Below, one piece after another: positions 57,927 to 62,151 of a stretch of 62,151 nucleotides of DNA (within the stretch, counting starts at the first letter, position 1; each line of letters begins with the position of its first letter). The stretch is from a virus (taxonomy: Duplodnaviria; Caudoviricetes): positions 1 to 62,151 of the IMG/VR virus record IMGVR_UViG_3300004369_000015. One strand, written 5' to 3'. The position numbers and the translations under genes are program-made. Below the pieces are notes generated by a model, which searched no databases, was not told the origin of the DNA, and saw only the letters and a program-made list of their open reading frames with translations.

Positions 57927-59371
57927 CAGGACACTCCGATGAGGATATGTACAAGAAGGCCGTACTCCTCCACGGTGTGATGACCAAGAAGAAAGAAGTG
58001 TTCAGTGGTCGTGGCAAGAACAGAAAGAAATCATACGAGAACACGTATGATACAGACAAGGAGTCTATTCAGAAGGCAGAGAGAAGTGTAGAATATTACA
58101 AGTACAGAATGGAAAACAAACAGAGCAAAGTAAAACTAAGAGACTATCAAAAGGAGATAGTCGTGAAAGGTTCTGAGATTATTCTCAAGCACAACTTCGT
58201 TTACCTTGCGATGGAAGTTCGTACAGGTAAGACACTTACGAGTATGAGTATCGCACAACTCTGTAACAAAAAGAATGTACTATTTGTTACCAAGAAGAAG
58301 GCGATGTCAAGCATCAAGGATGACTACGAATTGCTTAACCCCGACTATGACATTACCATAATTAACTATGAGTCATTGCACAAGGTAGAGGATGTCGGGT
58401 CATTCGATATGCTGATACTTGATGAGGCCCACAGTATGGGTGCGTTCCCCAAACCAAGTGAACGAGCCAAGTCCGTGAGCCATATCATTAAGACTTATAG
58501 CCCATCGGTCATCCTGTTATCGGGAACCCCAACTCCTGAGTCGTACTCTCAGATGTACCATCAGGTGTATGGTGTACGTACAAATCCATTCAATCAGTAC
58601 GTAAACTTTTACAAGTTTGCTAAAGACTACGTGAATGTCAAGCAAAGGAAAATCAATTCGCTTTACGTGAACGACTACCACGATGGACATAAGCGTATAC
58701 TTGACGAGATGAAACCATATACCATTGCTTACTCGCAGAAGGAGGCAGGGTTCAAGGTGGAGACACGTGAGCACATACTTACTGTACCACTCGAGCCGTT
58801 GACACTTCAGATAATCAAGCAACTCAAGAGGCACTTGGTTGTCGAGGGTAAGGAGGAGGTAATCTTAGCAGACACTCCTGTTAAACTGATGATGAAACTA
58901 CACCAACTCTGCTCAGGCACAATCAAGTTTGAGTCAGGCAACTCTAAGGTATTGGACTTGAGCAAGGCTAAGTACATCAAGTATAAGTTTAAAGGGAAGA
59001 AGATTGGAATCTTCTACAAGTTTGTTGAGGAACTCAATGCACTGAAGGAGGTATTTGGTAAGGACAATATGACCACTGAACTGAGTGTCTTCAAGGACAC
59101 TGACTGTAAGGTTATAGCCTTACAAATCGTAAGTGGACGTGAGGGTATATCCTTACGAGAAGCGGAGGCGTTGGTGTACTATAACATAGACTTCTCTGCC
59201 ACAAGTTATTGGCAGTCAAGGGATAGGATGACAACCAAGGATAGGTTAGAGTCAGACATCTATTGGATATTCTCTGAAGGTGGTATTGAGCACGAGATTT
59301 ACAAGGCGGTCAGTAAGAAGAAGGACTACACTGTAAACCATTTCAAAAAGGATTTATTAAATTTGTTATAA
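57875..59371 (+). CDS. Superfamily 2 helicase
   Basis: LRDYQ, RTGKT, DEAH, LSGTP, GISL, QSRDR; start codon uncertain. Confidence 0.85.
   Translation: MYQIKREVRPEGIFPRLAGHSDEDMYKKAVLLHGVMTKKKEVFSGRGKNRKKSYENTYDTDKESIQKAERSVEYYKYRMENKQSKVKLRDYQKEIVVKGSEIILKHNFVYLAMEVRTGKTLTSMSIAQLCNKKNVLFVTKKKAMSSIKDDYELLNPDYDITIINYESLHKVEDVGSFDMLILDEAHSMGAFPKPSERAKSVSHIIKTYSPSVILLSGTPTPESYSQMYHQVYGVRTNPFNQYVNFYKFAKDYVNVKQRKINSLYVNDYHDGHKRILDEMKPYTIAYSQKEAGFKVETREHILTVPLEPLTLQIIKQLKRHLVVEGKEEVILADTPVKLMMKLHQLCSGTIKFESGNSKVLDLSKAKYIKYKFKGKKIGIFYKFVEELNALKEVFGKDNMTTELSVFKDTDCKVIALQIVSGREGISLREAEALVYYNIDFSATSYWQSRDRMTTKDRLESDIYWIFSEGGIEHEIYKAVSKKKDYTVNHFKKDLLNLL
59085..59100. repeat. 16-bp palindrome GTGTC-TTCAAG-GACAC (intragenic)
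   Basis: Read directly. Confidence 0.9.
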
Positions 59372-59673
59372 TGAAGAAGCATTTAAAACAGGCACAAAAA
59401 GATTACAAGGAAACGCCACCTTATGAGTTTTGGGTGGAAGGAGTTATATATAATTTTATCTACGGATTCCTTGGTGCTACTATGATTGTTGCGATAAAGA
59501 TTGGATTAGATATTGCAGTTCTCATTTCTTATTTACTCTACTACTTCTTTGTTGGGAAGGTAATTAACAGGCCGAAATATGTTACGTCATTAGGGAAGTT
59601 TATCGTGTTCCCTGTGCCCACATCTGTCGGTGCTTTTATCGGGTACAAGATTTCGTTATTGCTAATAGGGTGA
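59371..59673 (+). CDS. Three-TM membrane protein
   Basis: Hydropathy pattern. Confidence 0.6.
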   Translation: MKKHLKQAQKDYKETPPYEFWVEGVIYNFIYGFLGATMIVAIKIGLDIAVLISYLLYYFFVGKVINRPKYVTSLGKFIVFPVPTSVGAFIGYKISLLLIG

Positions 59674-59912
59674 CAGAGCAACAGATACAATCCAAGAGAA
59701 TCAAGCAACTTGAAAAGGAAGGATACTATGTAATCAAACTTGTCAAGACCAACAAGAATGGAATCCCTGATTTGATTGCTATTCCAAAAGACTCTAATGT
59801 ACTTTTTTGCGAGGTGAAAACACCAAGTGGTACGGTCTCAAAACTACAAGAGTTTAGATTAAAAGAATTAGAGGACTATGGATTTAGAACAGAAGTTTAT
59901 CGAGGAGAATAG
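59670..59912 (+). CDS. VRR-NUC nuclease / Holliday junction resolvase
   Basis: EQQIQ, GIPDL, EVKT, S.LQ. Confidence 0.85.
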   Translation: MTEQQIQSKRIKQLEKEGYYVIKLVKTNKNGIPDLIAIPKDSNVLFCEVKTPSGTVSKLQEFRLKELEDYGFRTEVYRGE

Positions 59913-60201
59913 ATTCGAGATTGGGGAGGAGTTCCTCTTAGATATCGAACACGTTCCCGTAAGAGACAGGCGAAAGATACTTAGGGCATTTGTATCTGTA
60001 CTGCAAGAACTCCCAATGATACAGGGATGGACGCAGTCTGTTGCGGGAGTAATCAAAAGAAACAACCCACTCTTTTACGAAATAGAATTTGTAAAAGATG
60101 AATCAAGTCCACCACTACTTCTTGGGTTTAAAGAGATAGGGAGTGATGAATACTTGGATATGGTTTTAGAAGACAATACAATTGAATATTATGAAATCTA
60201 A
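59878..60201 (+). CDS. Hypothetical protein
   Basis: ORF track. Confidence 0.6.
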   Translation: MDLEQKFIEENRFEIGEEFLLDIEHVPVRDRRKILRAFVSVLQELPMIQGWTQSVAGVIKRNNPLFYEIEFVKDESSPPLLLGFKEIGSDEYLDMVLEDNTIEYYEI

Positions 60202-60733
60202 TTTTTTACTTAAAACACCAACCGATGTGCGAGTTCTCATCAGGTTGATTAATGAAGTCTTGAACGTAGACATATTGGACAAGACACGTGAGCGTGAGCA
60301 CGTTAATGCACGTATTATCTTTTCATCTATATGCCGTGAGCGTGGGTATAGTCTGACAAAGATTGGTTCCTTTCTTGGTAAAGACCACTCATCAATCGTT
60401 CACTACTTGAAGAATGTTGATTGGTATTTAAAGACCGACAAGACATTCGCAAGTAACTATGGGTTAATCACTTCGAACTACTACGAGGGTTACGACCCCG
60501 TGTATGAGATGTCGTGCGATGAGATTAAAAAAGAATATATTGTTTTGAAAAATAAATTTAATTCGTTAAGTTTGGAATTAGAAGGTCTAAAAACTGACCA
60601 ACAAAAGTTCAAAGCACAGGAAGAAAGACTCTCACCGTTGTATAGAATGATAACAGAACGCACACTAAAAGGTTCAGAGAACTTTATAGAAAGGAGACTC
60701 AATCATTTCTTTAATGGTGTTTATGATGAATAA
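60191..60733 (+). CDS. Second DnaA domain IV-like DNA-binding protein, with coiled coil
   Basis: TREREHVNAR...SLTKIGSFLGKDHSSIVH. Confidence 0.75.
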   Translation: MKSNFLLKTPTDVRVLIRLINEVLNVDILDKTREREHVNARIIFSSICRERGYSLTKIGSFLGKDHSSIVHYLKNVDWYLKTDKTFASNYGLITSNYYEGYDPVYEMSCDEIKKEYIVLKNKFNSLSLELEGLKTDQQKFKAQEERLSPLYRMITERTLKGSENFIERRLNHFFNGVYDE

Positions 60734-60738
60734 ATAAA

Positions 60739-60930
60739 ATGACTAAGCCATCAGCGTTCGAGAATGAAAGATTGAATCACATCAACAACCTGATGGACAA
60801 TATCAACGACTCTACGTCTGATATATATGAGCACTTAGTTGATAGAGAGTTCGATAAACTTCTTGTCTGCTTGAATGATTTAATATCACAACTCGAGGAT
60901 ATAAAAAATTCACTACAAGATGAGCCATAA
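60739..60930 (+). CDS. Small hypothetical protein
   Basis: ORF track. Confidence 0.6.
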   Translation: MTKPSAFENERLNHINNLMDNINDSTSDIYEHLVDREFDKLLVCLNDLISQLEDIKNSLQDEP

Positions 60931-61327
60931 GAAGTGCACGAATTGTGGTGTAGAAAAACCTGAATCAGAATACTATCTTACAGGTAAATACACACAGGCA
61001 GTTAGGAATATACGAAGAGCAAAGTGCAAGAAATGTGTAAACGATGTCAAGGACAAAAGACGTTGGGATATACGTGATAAGGTTAGGGAACACAAGCGGG
61101 GGCTTAGTTGCGAAACCTGTGGCTATTCCAAGAAGACTCACCCTGAAACGTTTTCAGATAGGGCCTTGGAGTTCCACCACCCCAACGATGATAAGGACTT
61201 CAGTGTAGGTGACGCAATAACAAATGGAGTTTCATACGAGAAGATAATGTCTGAGATGAAGAAGTGTGTAGTCCTATGCTCTCGATGCCACGCAGAAGAA
61301 CACGACAAAAAAAATGGAAGAAAATAA
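60920..61327 (+). CDS. HNH endonuclease
   Basis: CxxC pairs, LEFHH, KCVVLCSRCH..H. Confidence 0.85.
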   Translation: MSHKKCTNCGVEKPESEYYLTGKYTQAVRNIRRAKCKKCVNDVKDKRRWDIRDKVREHKRGLSCETCGYSKKTHPETFSDRALEFHHPNDDKDFSVGDAITNGVSYEKIMSEMKKCVVLCSRCHAEEHDKKNGRK

Positions 61328-61409
61328 CAAACAAACCCTATTAGAGTTTATATTTGCTTTTCTGCTCAATGCAGGAATCTTATATATGTTGATTAAGATT
61401 TTCGGTTAA
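61314..61409 (+). CDS. 31-aa single-TM peptide
   Basis: Translated by hand; the stop codon lies in the island flanking repeat. Confidence 0.5.
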   Translation: MEENNKQTLLEFIFAFLLNAGILYMLIKIFG

Positions 61410-61410
61410 G

Positions 61411-61485
61411 TTGGATGGTTGGCACAATCAATGGGCTGACGCAAATGACTACTACAACGAAACCTTTAACACCAAAGAGAAATGA
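61411..61485 (+). pseudogene. 3' gene remnant LDGWHNQWADANDYYNETFNTKEK
   Basis: No ATG in frame (stop at 61390); YYNETF is an ending I recall from small flavobacterial phage proteins. Confidence 0.55.
61461..61485 (+). repeat. Cassette-junction repeat (copy 1)
   Basis: AACCTTTAACACCAAAGAGAAATGA. Confidence 0.9.
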
Positions 61486-61700
61486 AAAAGAAACTAAAAT
61501 CATTAGATGAACACAATTCAAATTCTTGGAGCAATTATTCTTCAATGTTTGAAAACTCACCAAAACCAAACGGAATTGCTTGCCCAAAGTGTGGTGAGGA
61601 ATTGATGGATAGTCAACCTATGGCGACATTAACATCCCATCCACCAAAGAAAGACATACATTGTCCTTCTTGTAATTATCGTGGATATAGAATTGCTTAA
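61482..61700 (+). CDS. Zn-ribbon protein (72 aa)
   Basis: CPKC...CPSC; ATG supplied by the repeat. Confidence 0.7.
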   Translation: MKKKLKSLDEHNSNSWSNYSSMFENSPKPNGIACPKCGEELMDSQPMATLTSHPPKKDIHCPSCNYRGYRIA

Positions 61701-61716
61701 CACCAAAGAGAAATGA
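61697..61716 (+). repeat. Cassette-junction repeat (copy 2)
   Basis: TTAACACCAAAGAGAAATGA. Confidence 0.9.
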
Positions 61717-61850
61717 AAAAGTTCAAATGGGGCAGAATTATGACATCAAACCAGATTGGATTGATGGTTGCTTGGGGAACAAGTGTTATACCAAACAGAA
61801 AGTGCATCTGTATTGAGGTTCCTTTTCTTATTATACAGATTTACCTTTAA
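61713..61850 (+). CDS. 45-aa hypothetical protein
   Basis: Translated by hand; start and stop both lie in repeats. Confidence 0.6.
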   Translation: MKKFKWGRIMTSNQIGLMVAWGTSVIPNRKCICIEVPFLIIQIYL

Positions 61851-61866
61851 TACCAAAGAGAAGTAA
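61843..61866 (+). repeat. Cassette-junction repeat (copy 3, variant)
   Basis: ACCTTTAATACCAAAGAGAAGTAA. Confidence 0.85.
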
Positions 61867-61872
61867 TAATAT

Positions 61873-62000
61873 AGTCAGGTGGCGGAATTGGATAGACGCT
61901 AAGAGTTGGATTTAGGTCGCTAACATTCCCGTTCGAGTCGGGCAAAGTGGGCCAACTAGGAGAAACTAAGACCATACAGGTTCGAATCCTGTCCTGACTA
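61873..62000 (+). ncRNA. 128-nt tRNA-like RNA with Leu-type D arm and an expanded region replacing the anticodon arm
   Basis: AGTCAGG/CCTGACT acceptor; TGGCGGAATTGGATAGACGC; ACAGG-TTCGAAT-CCTGT. Confidence 0.75.
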
Positions 62001-62016
62001 CTAAAACAAAATAGAA

Positions 62017-62151
62017 ATGAAAGTCTTTTTCCATAAAACAAAAAGCCTACCGACAGCAACAACTATTCAAGAAAAGAACAAATGGGAGTTGCAGTTGCTT
62101 GTAGATGCAATCGTTCAGAAAGCGGATGCCCTTGGGTTTACCGTGAACATA
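62017..62151 (+). CDS. 52-aa protein spanning the circular join (stop at 97-99), ending TFNTKEK
   Basis: Open frame MKVFFHK...GFTVNITFNTKEK across the overlap. Confidence 0.65.
   Translation, partial: MKVFFHKTKSLPTATTIQEKNKWELQLLVDAIVQKADALGFTVNI

Larger units (their letters stand above)
61408..62151 (+). mobile_element. 891-bp captured island (61408 through the join to 230) flanked by the direct repeat AAGTTGGA
   Basis: AAGTTGGA at 61408-61415 and 223-230; gene fragments at both ends. Confidence 0.7.

Noticed and set aside
61461-62151. TFNTKEK repeats as a CRISPR mini-array
   Set aside because: Intervals of roughly 130-290 bp carry ORFs, and the repeat is not palindromic.
1-62151. Stop-codon reassignment
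   Set aside because: Long genes are intact in code 11, all three stop codons are used, and no suppressor tRNA was found.

Overview
Apparently complete circular dsDNA phage genome of about 62,076 bp (bases 1-75 repeat at 62077-62151). It is podovirus-like and probably infects Bacteroidota/Flavobacteriia, judging from TAnnTTTG promoters, A-rich leaders without Shine-Dalgarno sites and a BT4734/VirE-N primase. The minus-strand arm (266-45.6 kb) encodes ejection proteins, tail, capsid, portal, terminase, tail fibres, lysis genes, small basic proteins and GroEL/GroES. The plus-strand arm (46.1-61.4 kb) encodes early host-interaction, recombination and replication genes. No integrase, DNA polymerase, RNA polymerase, reverse transcriptase or CRISPR array was recognised. 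The main unexplained signals are: (1) a 16-bp palindrome, GTGTC-YTYRAR-GACAC, in at least 18 copies both between and inside genes, densest just after the presumed genome start; (2) an 891-bp foreign island flanked by an 8-bp direct repeat, inserted right beside one palindrome, built from repeat-delimited mini-cassettes and a 128-nt tRNA-like RNA; (3) a small basic MPFKS-type gene overprinted inside the 2776-aa giant protein; (4) an early amidoligase / GATase-GGCT / muramidase / lipoprotein module; (5) apparent avoidance of several 4-mers. All protein calls come from motif recognition by eye; no database searches were run.
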